Source of the DNA: Flavobacteriales bacterium
Lineage (GTDB): Bacteria > Bacteroidota > Bacteroidia > Flavobacteriales_F > PHOS-HE28
Length of the DNA stretch: 64,000 nucleotides
Direction: 5' to 3'
NCBI GenBank assembly: GCA_031411095.1
Contig: JANOAK010000009.1
Location: 12,999-76,998 of the forward strand
The position numbers and the translations under genes were made by a program. Below, in pieces: positions 9,436-19,188 of the stretch (positions are counted from its first letter, which is position 1; each line of letters starts with the position of its first letter). Under the pieces are notes generated by a model. The model saw only the letters and a program-made list of their open reading frames with translations, did not search any database and was not told where the DNA came from.

Positions 9436-12400
9436 GGGGCTACATCGATGAGAACGCCGTGACGCAGGTAAAGGAGATGCGCGCTCACCAGAGCATGGCC
9501 GATGTTGCGCAACAGACCTGCATAGGTCCGCACCTGTTGTTCATGCTCTGTGGCATGGGCACCGGTCTTGAAGTCGATCACCCGCAGGGTACTGCCATCG
9601 CTGATGATGCGGTCGGGGCGGTGCAGTTGGCCGTTGGCATCGATCAGGTCCGCTTCGGCATGCACCCGGAGTCCGGGAGCGAAGAAGGGTGCAACGGCGG
9701 GTAGTTCCAAGATCGCGTGTAGGCGGATCCTGAGGTCGTCCTGTTCAGCGGGAAGCATGCCCCAACGGGGTGCTTCATCGGCGATGGCCTTTGACAGGTC
9801 CTGGGGCACCTGAACGCGCGCGAGCACGGCATGCATTGCGCGACCGATCGAACGATGTGGATCAGGGTCGGCGGGGTCCCAGTCCTCCGGTGCCTCCCGC
9901 CGCATGACAGGTTTTGTCCGTCCACGTCCCATGCTGGGGCTCAAATGCCACGCGCCTTCCGGGCGTTCCTGTTCCCGCGCGAGCGCCGGTGCCCGTGCGC
10001 CGAACACCTTATCCTCGCCCGGAACCAGTTCCAATTGCTTCGCCAACACCGCGTCCGGTCCGACCTTCGCCCTTCCGTCAACCCCGGCGTACAACCGTAC
10101 TTCCGGCCGGGTGAAGGCCACATAGATCAGGTCCATGAGGTCGAGAGCGGACAGGTCATTCTCCTCCACGAGTTCAGCGAGGGCCACGCCATCCAGCGGT
10201 TTGTTCGGACGGATGAGGGCCGCTGGCAAGGGGTCGGCGATGCCGTGTGTATCGATCCACAGCAGATCGCGTTTGGCGCGTGTGTTCATGCCGGCCCACG
10301 GCACGATGACCACAGGGAACTGTAATCCCTTGCTCGCATGAACGGTCATGATGCGCACAGCACCCTGGCCGGTGGTTCCGCCCACGGAGCGCTCACTGGC
10401 TGTTCGTTCCCAGTGGTCCAGGAACTCCAGCGGAGCATCGCCATGTTCGCGCACGAACAGGTGCACCTCGTTCAGCAGACCCATGGTGAACGCATCCTGG
10501 GCGGGATCGGCGCCCACGGCGTCCGCAATGGCGTGGGCGAGGGCGAGCAAGGGCCTGCGGCGGTTGAGCGTGGGATGCCTCCGGGCCCAAGCCTCCAATT
10601 GGGCGCTGGGATGCGCGTCCGCGAATGGGTCCACGATGGCATCGCCCCCCAAGCGCATGGCCAGTAGCTGAGCGGCCATGGTGGCATTGGCGGGGGTGGG
10701 GCGACAGAGCCAGTGGAGCAGGGCCACGATCGCGCGCACGGTGGCATCGCCGCCCAAATTGAGGCCGTCCGGGGACACTACATCGAATCCGGCATCCAGC
10801 AGGGCGGCGGCGACCTGCCGCCCCTGGCCTTTGGTGCGCACCAGCACGGCCATGTCACCTGCGCGGAATCCATCCGACCGGGCTTCCTCCGCGGCAAATA
10901 CGGCGAAGGCGGGTGGCTCCGGTGTGGCCTCCTCGTCCTGCGGTTTTTCGCCGGTGTAACACCGCAGATGCACCAGACCCTGCATGGTGCGCCAGTGCTT
11001 CTGGTCCTGTGCATCATACACGCGCTGGTGCTTCTCGGGAAGCGTGTTTCGCAGACCGTCGAAGAGCGCGTTGTTGAAGTTCACGATCACCTCGGCACTT
11101 CGGCGGTTGTGCTCCAAGGGCTCCTTGGGTGCGTGGTGCCGCTTGAGGATCGCCTCGTGCTCTTCGCCGGCCGCCATGAGTTCGCGACCGAAGAGCGCGG
11201 GCAACTGCACGAATTGTTGTGCTTCGCCATTGCGCCAGCGATAGATGGCCTGCTTGGCATCGCCCACGAGCAAGGCCGAGCCGCCGCTGCTGAGCGCGTT
11301 GGTGAGCAAGGGCAGCAGCGCGTGCCATTGCAGCATCGAGGTGTCCTGGAACTCGTCGATGAGATAGTGTTGGTATTTCTCGCCAAGGCGTTCGTACAGG
11401 AAGGGGGCGGGTTCGTTCTGCACGATAGCGGCCACCCGCCGGGTGAGGTCGCTGAAGAAGGCGAGGCCTTCCTCGCGCTTGATCGATGCGAGTTGTTCGT
11501 CCAGCAGGTGCAGCGCGGCCGAGGAGAGCAGGTCGCGTTGCACGGCACATGTGATCAAATGGCGGTCCAGGTCACCGCTGGCGTGCAGGTCGCGCACGGT
11601 GATCACCGCGTTGCGTAGAAGTGGGGCGATGCGTTCCACGGAAGCGCGCCCCTCAGGCGAAGCGCCCTTGCTGTGCCATTCACCCTTTTCGAGGTTCTTC
11701 AGGGCGTTCTTGTTCTCCTCGATCCAGGTATCGAATTCGGCGAGCTTGCGGAGGAGCGAGGCCACACCTGTCTTTCCGGAGGCCAGATCGGATGTGACAA
11801 GTCCTTCGCGCTCCACGGCGGCAAGGGCCTCGCGGCCCAGTTTCCGGAGGCGGTCGCGGAAGGTGACAGTGCGTTCGCGCAGCTGTGCGCGCACGGCGAT
11901 GAACTGCGCACTGGTGATCTCGCGCATCTGGGCCAGCCGCGTCAAGGCCTGTTCCTTGCCGAGCTGATGGGATAGGTCCCGCAGCGGTTTATCAGGCCGC
12001 CAGTCCCGCTCCTGTTCGATCAGGTCGCCGCAGATCGCGGTGAGCAGCTGCGTCAGGGACTCATCACTGCCTGCCTCCTGCAACAGGCGCTCCACGGCAA
12101 GGTCGCGGTAGTATTTCTCCTCGGTGGTCATGCGCAGGTCACTGTCCAGTCGCAGGTCGCGCGCGAAGGGCATCACCACCCTTCGGGTGAAAGCATCGAT
12201 CGTGGTGACCGCGAACTGGGGCCAATGATGCAGCATGTGCGTGAGGGTGGTGCCGGCGCGTCGGCGTACCTCATCGGCATCCACCGCAGCCTTGTGCATC
12301 ACCTCCTCCTGCACATCGAGGAGGGCGCCGGTGAGCTCCGTTCCGTCGGCGAGGCCTTCGAGGTGGTCCAGGATGCGCTCGCGCATTTCGGCCGCTGCCT

Positions 12401-12581
12401 TGTTGGTGAAGGTGAGGGCGAGGATGGAAGCGTACCCATCCGGTGCGGGCCTCATCAAGGCCAGGCCGATATAGTGCTTCACCAGCGCATGGGTCTTGCC
12501 GGCACCGGCGGAACTGTGGAGCACCTGGAACATGCGAGGGAAGCGAGGAGCCGAAGGTAGACGACCAAGGGTGGTGTGCAT
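9432..12581 (-). CDS. AddA-like ATP-dependent helicase-nuclease (UvrD SF1 helicase + C-terminal PD-(D/E)XK nuclease)
   Basis: Walker A SAGAGKTHALV, motif II IDEFQDTS, C-terminal DANGQLHRPDRIISDG...IDFKTG nuclease motif. Likely true start MFQVLHSS at about 12533. Confidence 0.85.
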   Translation of the reverse strand: MHTTLGRLPSAPRFPRMFQVLHSSAGAGKTHALVKHYIGLALMRPAPDGYASILALTFTNKAAAEMRERILDHLEGLADGTELTGALLDVQEEVMHKAAVDADEVRRRAGTTLTHMLHHWPQFAVTTIDAFTRRVVMPFARDLRLDSDLRMTTEEKYYRDLAVERLLQEAGSDESLTQLLTAICGDLIEQERDWRPDKPLRDLSHQLGKEQALTRLAQMREITSAQFIAVRAQLRERTVTFRDRLRKLGREALAAVEREGLVTSDLASGKTGVASLLRKLAEFDTWIEENKNALKNLEKGEWHSKGASPEGRASVERIAPLLRNAVITVRDLHASGDLDRHLITCAVQRDLLSSAALHLLDEQLASIKREEGLAFFSDLTRRVAAIVQNEPAPFLYERLGEKYQHYLIDEFQDTSMLQWHALLPLLTNALSSGGSALLVGDAKQAIYRWRNGEAQQFVQLPALFGRELMAAGEEHEAILKRHHAPKEPLEHNRRSAEVIVNFNNALFDGLRNTLPEKHQRVYDAQDQKHWRTMQGLVHLRCYTGEKPQDEEATPEPPAFAVFAAEEARSDGFRAGDMAVLVRTKGQGRQVAAALLDAGFDVVSPDGLNLGGDATVRAIVALLHWLCRPTPANATMAAQLLAMRLGGDAIVDPFADAHPSAQLEAWARRHPTLNRRRPLLALAHAIADAVGADPAQDAFTMGLLNEVHLFVREHGDAPLEFLDHWERTASERSVGGTTGQGAVRIMTVHASKGLQFPVVIVPWAGMNTRAKRDLLWIDTHGIADPLPAALIRPNKPLDGVALAELVEENDLSALDLMDLIYVAFTRPEVRLYAGVDGRAKVGPDAVLAKQLELVPGEDKVFGARAPALAREQERPEGAWHLSPSMGRGRTKPVMRREAPEDWDPADPDPHRSIGRAMHAVLARVQVPQDLSKAIADEAPRWGMLPAEQDDLRIRLHAILELPAVAPFFAPGLRVHAEADLIDANGQLHRPDRIISDGSTLRVIDFKTGAHATEHEQQVRTYAGLLRNIGHALVSAHLLYLRHGVLIDVAP

Positions 12582-12622
12582 CGCTGATCGCGTTCATGGT
12601 CCGCTAGGGGTGCGGATATGGT

Positions 12623-12630
12623 AATTTTGG
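12623..12630 (+). promoter_or_regulatory. Candidate Bacteroidota -7 promoter element (TAATTTTG) upstream of mbnP-like operon
   Basis: Matches TAnnTTTG consensus about 56 bp upstream of ATG 12686; no clear -33 TTG. Confidence 0.25.
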
Positions 12631-12685
12631 CAGTGCCGCTGAACAGGGGGTTGAAGTCCCGTGTTCCTCATAAAGCACCTCTCCC

Positions 12686-13447
12686 ATGGATATGAAGCAC
12701 GGTCGGATGTTGTTGTATGGCTTGGGGGCTACGATCATGGCGGGTTGCGCCAAGGATGCGGAAGAGGTGCATGCCGACCTGGTGGGGGCACCTACGCCCA
12801 ACACGGTGGTGGCGATCACCATGGCGTATACACGCGCCGGTGCCGCGTTCGACAAGAACGTGCCATTCACGGACGCCGCAGGCACATTGGTACAGGTGCA
12901 GCGTTTGAACTTCTTCCTGAGCCAGCCCTCCTTCACGGACGCCACTGGCGACTCCGTTGCTGCGTTCCCGTCGAAGTATCTGCTCATCGACCTCGAAGAA
13001 GGCGGGGTTGTGCGCAACCTGGGCGAGCTGGATGGTCACCTGCACATGTTGCATGCCGGCCTTGGCCTCGATACGGCGATGAACCACACCGACCCCACCT
13101 TGGCCCCTCCGCCGATGAACGGTGCGAACCTGTGGTGGGGCTGGGCCGCAGGCTATCGGTTCCTGACCCTGGAAGGGAAGTACGACAGCAACAACAGCGG
13201 CACCATCGATGGCAACGATTTCACCTTCGACTATCACATCGGCATGGACACCCTTTATCGCCGGCTTGATCTGGAGGTGCATACCGCGGCCGATATGGGT
13301 GGCAACGTGGTGATCCCGCTCAGCCTGAGCGTGGATACGTTGTTCGCAGGTCTGGACATTGCCGCGCAGCCGGTGTTGGAAGTGGTGAACGACATCAGCA
13401 TTGGCCTCATGGACCGACTGCCGCGCGCGATAACGCACGTTGAATGA
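12686..13447 (+). CDS. MbnP-like periplasmic copper-binding lipoprotein (paralog 1)
   Basis: Lipoprotein signal MKHGRMLLYGLGATIMAGC; conserved W-x-W...GYRF segment (NLWWGWAAGYRF); upstream of di-heme peroxidases as in MbnP/MbnH pairs. Confidence 0.65.
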   Translation: MDMKHGRMLLYGLGATIMAGCAKDAEEVHADLVGAPTPNTVVAITMAYTRAGAAFDKNVPFTDAAGTLVQVQRLNFFLSQPSFTDATGDSVAAFPSKYLLIDLEEGGVVRNLGELDGHLHMLHAGLGLDTAMNHTDPTLAPPPMNGANLWWGWAAGYRFLTLEGKYDSNNSGTIDGNDFTFDYHIGMDTLYRRLDLEVHTAADMGGNVVIPLSLSVDTLFAGLDIAAQPVLEVVNDISIGLMDRLPRAITHVE

Positions 13448-14184
13448 AGCACCTCATCAGCATTTTTGTCCTGGCCATGGCCGTGTGCATGGCCTGCACC
13501 AAGGAGGATCCCACATGGCCGCCCGCGGGGCAGGTGGAGGTGACCTTCCGACCGCTGTGGAACGGCGAGGCATTCAATAAGAACACGGTGTACCTGAGCG
13601 CGGCGGACGAGCGCATACAGATCCAACAGGTGAAGTTCTACCTCAGCGGCCTCGAGCTGAAGGGGGCGGGAAGTGCCCTGATGAGCCCGGTGGAACTGCT
13701 CGACCTCACCAACGGCCCCATTCTGCGCAGGTATACTGTTCCAAGTGGGTCCTATGACAGTTTGCATGTGGCGCTCGGTCTTCCCCCCGAGGTGAACAGC
13801 GCCGACATCACGAACATCGACCCGAGCTCGCCGCTGGGGAACAACAGCGGTATGTACTGGACCTGGACCACCATGTACCGTTTCCTCATCTTCGATGGGC
13901 GGTTCGACACGGATGCTGCGGGCACGGGTACGCCCCCCTTCCAATTCAGCATTCACACCGGGCGTGACGCCTGCTTCCGTGAACGCACGATCGCCTTCCC
14001 CCTGCACGTTGCATCCGGAACACCGGCCAGCCTCTCCATCAACGTGGACCTGGCGCGGTTCTTCAGTGAGGGCACGGAGGTGTTGCGCTTGTCCGATGGC
14101 AGCCAGAGCCACGGAGCGGTGCAGGAACTGCCGCAGGCCATCAAGCTCAGTGACCTTGCGATCAAGGCCATATCGCCACAATGA
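13444..14184 (+). CDS. MbnP-like periplasmic copper-binding lipoprotein (paralog 2)
   Basis: Signal/lipobox MKHLISIFVLAMAVCMAC; MYWTWTTMYRF motif; ATGA-coupled to flanking genes. Confidence 0.65.
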   Translation: MKHLISIFVLAMAVCMACTKEDPTWPPAGQVEVTFRPLWNGEAFNKNTVYLSAADERIQIQQVKFYLSGLELKGAGSALMSPVELLDLTNGPILRRYTVPSGSYDSLHVALGLPPEVNSADITNIDPSSPLGNNSGMYWTWTTMYRFLIFDGRFDTDAAGTGTPPFQFSIHTGRDACFRERTIAFPLHVASGTPASLSINVDLARFFSEGTEVLRLSDGSQSHGAVQELPQAIKLSDLAIKAISPQ

Positions 14185-15203
14185 ACATGCGTGGTCCGTT
14201 CCTTCCCTTTCTGCTTGCCGCGGCCCTTCTCGCCGGCTGCTCGCGCGAACAGGTGGACCTGGAGGAACTGGATGATCCATATGTGGTGCAGATGCCGGCG
14301 GGTGCACCCATCCTGCCCGTACCGGAAGGAAATGCACTGACCGTGGCGCGGGTTCGCTTGGGCAAGGCGCTGTTCTTCGATGAGGATCTTTCCCTCGGCA
14401 ACGGCATCTCCTGCGCATCCTGCCATTTCCCGCAGTACGCGTTCAGCGATACGAGTGTGTTGAGCCATGGTGTGGGCGGTGCCACCGGCCTGCGCAACGC
14501 GCCCACGCTGGCGAACCTCGCGTGGCATCAAGGTTATTTCCGCGATGGGGGTGTGCCCACCCTGGAGCAACAAGTACTGGCGCCGATCCACAACGAGGAG
14601 GAGATGGCCTCGAACATCAACGATGCAGCCGCGCTCCTGCGCGATCGTGAACCCTATGCCAGCCTGAGCCGCAAGGCCTATGATCGCGTGTTGGACGGAT
14701 ACGTGATCACGCGCGCGATCGCGTGTTACGAGCGCACACTGGTGAGCGGCTGGTCGCGCTACGACCGCTTCCTGCACGGGGGCGACACGAGCGCATTGAC
14801 ACCGACCGAACGCCACGGATGGGAACTGTTCAACAGCGATGCCACGGGATGCCATGGCTGTCATGGCGGCTTCGACCTGAGCGACCATACCTACCGGAAC
14901 ATCGGTACTTCGCTCGATCACACGGTGGATCCCGGTCGTGAGCGCATCACCTTGCAGCCGGAGGACCGGGGGAAGTTCAAGGTGCCCACGCTGCGCAACG
15001 TGGCCCTTACGGCACCGTACTTGCACGATGGAAGCATGAGCACCCTCGAAGAGGTCGTGGAGCACTTCGCCAACGGCGGTGTGAACGACCCCAACAAGGA
15101 CCCGCTCGTTACCCCCCGATCGCTCAGCGCTCAGGAGAAGGCCGACCTGGTGTCCTTCCTGCGCGCACTGACCGATGACCGACCTTTGGACCAGGTGCCA
15201 TGA
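14181..15203 (+). CDS. Di-heme cytochrome c peroxidase family (MauG/MbnH-like), lipoprotein
   Basis: Two CxxCH (CASCH, CHGCH), CCP motifs FKVPTLRNVALTAPYLHDGS; lipobox LLAGC. Confidence 0.85.
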   Translation: MNMRGPFLPFLLAAALLAGCSREQVDLEELDDPYVVQMPAGAPILPVPEGNALTVARVRLGKALFFDEDLSLGNGISCASCHFPQYAFSDTSVLSHGVGGATGLRNAPTLANLAWHQGYFRDGGVPTLEQQVLAPIHNEEEMASNINDAAALLRDREPYASLSRKAYDRVLDGYVITRAIACYERTLVSGWSRYDRFLHGGDTSALTPTERHGWELFNSDATGCHGCHGGFDLSDHTYRNIGTSLDHTVDPGRERITLQPEDRGKFKVPTLRNVALTAPYLHDGSMSTLEEVVEHFANGGVNDPNKDPLVTPRSLSAQEKADLVSFLRALTDDRPLDQVP

Positions 15204-16342
15204 AGCAGCGTGAACGGATCCTCCTTCCCTTGTTGGTCTCACTGACCCTGGCCGCTTCGTGCAAGCGCGATGAGCCCGATGTGATCCCGGAACCCGCTCC
15301 AGTGGGCACGCCGTACACCCTGCAGATCCCGGCCAACCTTCCACCGATGTCCGTTCCGGCGGATAATCCCATGACCGTGGAAGGCGTGACGCTGGGTCGG
15401 CACCTGTTCTACGAGGAACGCTTGAGCGGGAACAACACCCAGAGCTGCGGCAGTTGCCATTCCCCGGCCTTCGCTTTCACGGACAGCACCAATGCGGTGA
15501 GCACGGGCATCGATGGGATCGCCGGCACACGCAGTGCCATGGCGCTGATCAACCTCGGTTATGCGGCGAGCTTCTTCTGGGATGGGCGAGCTCCATCATT
15601 GGAGGCACAGGCACTTGAACCGGTGACCAACCCGATCGAAATGCATGAGACCTGGCCTGCCGCCGTTTCGAAGTTGCAGGCGGATCCAGCCTATGTGGCC
15701 TTGTTCAACGCGGCGTTCGGGAGCACCACCATCGATTCCGCGAAGGTGGCCAAGGCCATCGCGCAGTTCGAGCGCACCATGATCAGTGGCAACAGCAAGT
15801 ACGACAAGGTGGTGCGCGGTGAGGCGGCGTTCACGCCGGATGAAGCGGCGGGCCTCACCTTGTTCCAGGCGGAAGGCGGACCCGTGGGTCAGCAGATCTT
15901 CCTGCCCGGCGGCGGCTTCGTGGTAGGCCAGGGAGGTGCCGATTGCTTCCATTGCCACACCGATGCAGCGGGGCTGTTCACCGATGAACAATTCCGCAAT
16001 AACGCGGTACAACCGGAGCCATACACCGACATTGGTCGCGGCGCCATCACGAACGATCCGTCGGACATCGGTCGCTTCAAGGTGCCCACGCTGCGGAACA
16101 TCATGCTTACGGCGCCCTACATGCACGACGGTCGTTTCACGACCATCGACCAGGTGATCGATCATTACAACGATGGTGGACATCCGAGCTTCACGGTGGA
16201 TCCCTTCATGAAGTTCACGGACCCGGACCTTACACTGGAGCTTACGGCACAGAAGCGCGCACAGTTGATCGCCTTCCTGCACACGCTCACGGACATGGAC
16301 TTCGTGAACAACCCGGCCTTTGCGGATCCCGGGCCGCCGTAG
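15200..16342 (+). CDS. Di-heme cytochrome c peroxidase family (MauG/MbnH-like), lipoprotein, second copy
   Basis: CGSCH and CFHCH, FKVPTLRNIMLTAPYMHDGR; lipobox LAASC. Confidence 0.85.
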   Translation: MKQRERILLPLLVSLTLAASCKRDEPDVIPEPAPVGTPYTLQIPANLPPMSVPADNPMTVEGVTLGRHLFYEERLSGNNTQSCGSCHSPAFAFTDSTNAVSTGIDGIAGTRSAMALINLGYAASFFWDGRAPSLEAQALEPVTNPIEMHETWPAAVSKLQADPAYVALFNAAFGSTTIDSAKVAKAIAQFERTMISGNSKYDKVVRGEAAFTPDEAAGLTLFQAEGGPVGQQIFLPGGGFVVGQGGADCFHCHTDAAGLFTDEQFRNNAVQPEPYTDIGRGAITNDPSDIGRFKVPTLRNIMLTAPYMHDGRFTTIDQVIDHYNDGGHPSFTVDPFMKFTDPDLTLELTAQKRAQLIAFLHTLTDMDFVNNPAFADPGPP

Positions 16343-16343
16343 C
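16323..16343. repeat. Left copy of 21-bp direct repeat (CGGATCCCGGGCCGCCGTAGC) flanking lower-GC T9SS-cargo block
   Basis: 20/21 identical to 22038..22058; overlaps stop of peroxidase gene. Confidence 0.3.
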
Positions 16344-16451
16344 ATAAGTTATAGACGTGCTTGGAAAGTCGAAGGATTTGGCGATCTTCGGCTAAGGGAT
16401 GCTCATATTCCCTGTAGTCGGTCGGTCGAGTTCATCCTTAACGATCAAGCC

Positions 16452-16775
16452 ATGACATACAAGACTCTCTCTCTCTACGCTAGCGTGATCTTCAGCGCAT
16501 TGATCTGTTCACTGAGCGTGGAGGCACAGCCCTTCATCCCCAGGGATCTGATGAATGAACAGGCCGGAGCTGGTTGGAATTTTGCATCGGCTTCGCACCG
16601 GGTATTCGATGTGGGTGGTACCTATCGGCCGGACGTCAAATACACCAGTGTGGGCACCCTGCCTTCGCTGTATCTGTTCGAAGAGGCCCGGACCGGTTGG
16701 GTAATGCCCATCCTCGACCCGAACAACCCCGGCCAACGATGCCATTCTGCGCCTGGATTGGAGCTTTGTGGGTGA
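16452..16775 (+). CDS. N-terminal fragment (signal peptide + about 80 aa) of SBBP-repeat T9SS protein, separated by frameshift
   Basis: MTYKTLSLYASVIFSALICSLSVEAQ signal peptide; frame terminates at 16775 while downstream frame is open from 16705. Confidence 0.35.
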   Translation: MTYKTLSLYASVIFSALICSLSVEAQPFIPRDLMNEQAGAGWNFASASHRVFDVGGTYRPDVKYTSVGTLPSLYLFEEARTGWVMPILDPNNPGQRCHSAPGLELCG

Positions 16776-19182
16776 ACGCGTACACGACCCGGAACCCCTG
16801 CTCTGGGATCCGATCGGTATGAAGTACAACTTCTATGAAACATACACGCCAACTGGAGTCACCGGTGTTGCAGCAGGGAAACGGGTGATCTACGAAAGCG
16901 TCTATGACAGCATCGATTACCACGTGCTGAGCAACAAAAGCGGTCCTAAATTCCTGATCGTCATTCGCCCGGGCGGCGACCCGTCGGACATCATGCTCAA
17001 GTTCGAAGGCCAGGATAGCATCAAGGTGGATGTGGATGGCGCTTTGAAGTTGATCAAAGGCACGTCGTTCATCAAGTTGCGCGAAGGCTTGGCTTACCAA
17101 CAAGTGGGTAACACCATAGTTCCCATTTCCTGGACCCCTGAATACGAGCATTACGGCACTAGCTTATTGGTAACATTGTCCTTGGGGGAATACGACCCGA
17201 CCTTGCCCCTCATCCTGCAGATCACCCCGGAAGTGCCACCGGCACCACCGCCGCCGCCGCCGTATACCGTCTTGCCCGAATGGTGTACCAACCTGGCCGG
17301 CACCGGAGGCAATGACATGGTGAGTGGGCTCGACCATGATGCTGATAGGAACGTCTATTACACTGGACATTCGAATAGTACAGGGGGGTTGCCGGTCACT
17401 ACAGGACTCATCACACAGACGGCAGGAAATTACGACTTCATCATTGGCCGGTTCAATGAACATTACGAGATGGAGGTAGATGGGACCTGGCTCACATACA
17501 TGGGCGGAGCAAATGATGATCGTGGATTTTCCGTGGCCTATGACGGCACCACGGATCGGGTGGCGGTGTGCGGTCAGGCGTACTCAAATACGGCAAGCCT
17601 TGTTCAGTACACCGGCGACCAGTATCACTCCAGTGGCTGGGGTGCGATCGCGCTGTTCGATGCCGCCAGTGGTGTCCGCGAGTATGCTACCCAGCTGAAA
17701 TTCACTTTCCAGTACTTCGGCGACCCAACCGACCTGGATTTTGATGCTGCGGGGAACCTGTATGTTGTGGGTGGGGGTAACATCTTGTACGCGGATTATG
17801 TCGATCCCGCGGGATCCTTGGACTATACGGCACACCAAGGTGCATATGACCCTCAATGGCTGGGTTTCGATGCGTTCGTGGCGCGCTTTGATCCGGGAAT
17901 GCACCTGACCTGGTTCACGGCGCTCGGTGGTCCTATTGAAGACCGGGCAACTGCCGTTGTGGTGGATAAGACCCACGGAAAGCTCTATGTAGGCGGGCGG
18001 ACCAACACCCCGAATAACTTGAATACGGCAAATTGCCCGGCTACAGGGGCATTCGATTTCCCTTTGTGTCCGGGCACGGGGTGGTTCCAGAACACATTAA
18101 ACGGTAACACCAACGCATTGGAGTGGGGCAACGATGGGTTCATTACGTGCTTCTCCCTCTTCGACCTTGGGATGGAATGGTCCACGTACTTCGGCAGCCC
18201 AGCGGATGCCGAAAGCATCACCGACCTTGCCGTAAATGGTCTGGGCGACCTTTATGCCGTTGGTTATTCCAACATGGCAGACCTTTCAACATCGAACTGT
18301 GCGTGGGATGGGGGCTTCTATTTTCCACGGTGCCAAGCGAATGGGGGATATAATGATCTGTCGAATGATGGATGGGCCAGCGGGCATTTCATCAGCCGGT
18401 TCAACATACAGCACGATCTCACTTGGAGCACATTCTTAAGCGGTGATTATTCCGAGTACTCGATCCAATACGGCGAATTGAACATGCCACATGTGGTTTG
18501 TGATGGAGCGAACAATGTGTTCGTGCACGGCAGCACCAGATCAGGCGCCATCAACAGTGGAGGAGGAACGCATGTGGTACCCATGACCTCGAATGCAGCT
18601 TACTACAACGAGTCGAACCACAAGGATGCACAGGTGGGTTGGTCCCCAGCCCCCTTGTTTGATGATTATGTAGTTGGTTTCACGGCCGCTTGCCAGATAA
18701 TCTACGCCACCATGGTCGGCGGTATAGGCCAGGATTTCGCTGGCGGCATTGATGTGTTCAGTGATCGGCTGTACATCTGCGGCGCAACAGGGGCCAATCT
18801 GCAATTCCCCTTGCATTGCCCAACATTACCTGGGTATCAGCCGTACTGTGCGAACCCCACCCCCGTTGTGGGCGATCATGACGGCTTCATTGCCCAACTG
18901 CAGTATTCCTATACGGTTGGGTTAACTGAGGCATCGATGGATCAAGACGAGCCTCTTCGACTTTACCCGAATCCGGTATCCCAGGAACTTACCGTGCAGT
19001 TCGGTGAATGGAAGGCGGATCAGGTTCTAATTGTGGACGCGACAGGTCGTACGATCCAGCAGTTGCCTGTGCAGGGGCGATCCAGCATGAACATCCAAGC
19101 ATCCGGATTAGCGCCGGGGAGTTACGCCCTGCGCGTATCGGATGATCGTGGTGTGCGATCAGCGTGGTTCATTAAGCAATAA
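16768..19182 (+). CDS. SBBP-repeat beta-propeller surface protein with T9SS type A C-terminal sorting domain (main frame; lacks own signal peptide)
   Basis: Repeated IIGRFN/FVARFD/FISRFN SBBP motifs, PPAPPPPPP linker, C-terminal LYPNPVSQELTVQF...GSYALRV Por CTD. Confidence 0.75.
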   Translation: MGERVHDPEPLLWDPIGMKYNFYETYTPTGVTGVAAGKRVIYESVYDSIDYHVLSNKSGPKFLIVIRPGGDPSDIMLKFEGQDSIKVDVDGALKLIKGTSFIKLREGLAYQQVGNTIVPISWTPEYEHYGTSLLVTLSLGEYDPTLPLILQITPEVPPAPPPPPPYTVLPEWCTNLAGTGGNDMVSGLDHDADRNVYYTGHSNSTGGLPVTTGLITQTAGNYDFIIGRFNEHYEMEVDGTWLTYMGGANDDRGFSVAYDGTTDRVAVCGQAYSNTASLVQYTGDQYHSSGWGAIALFDAASGVREYATQLKFTFQYFGDPTDLDFDAAGNLYVVGGGNILYADYVDPAGSLDYTAHQGAYDPQWLGFDAFVARFDPGMHLTWFTALGGPIEDRATAVVVDKTHGKLYVGGRTNTPNNLNTANCPATGAFDFPLCPGTGWFQNTLNGNTNALEWGNDGFITCFSLFDLGMEWSTYFGSPADAESITDLAVNGLGDLYAVGYSNMADLSTSNCAWDGGFYFPRCQANGGYNDLSNDGWASGHFISRFNIQHDLTWSTFLSGDYSEYSIQYGELNMPHVVCDGANNVFVHGSTRSGAINSGGGTHVVPMTSNAAYYNESNHKDAQVGWSPAPLFDDYVVGFTAACQIIYATMVGGIGQDFAGGIDVFSDRLYICGATGANLQFPLHCPTLPGYQPYCANPTPVVGDHDGFIAQLQYSYTVGLTEASMDQDEPLRLYPNPVSQELTVQFGEWKADQVLIVDATGRTIQQLPVQGRSSMNIQASGLAPGSYALRVSDDRGVRSAWFIKQ

Positions 19183-19188
19183 CTGCGC

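Noticed and set aside
9432-12581. AddA-like helicase-nuclease as a stand-alone anti-phage defence gene
   Set aside because: UvrD plus PD-(D/E)XK proteins of about 1050 aa are near-universal housekeeping recombination factors in Bacteroidota. There is no adjacent defence-island context (no methylase, no Hna/Nhi-type partner, no toxin-like neighbours). The GNAT and Zn-ribbon neighbours are common conserved genes.
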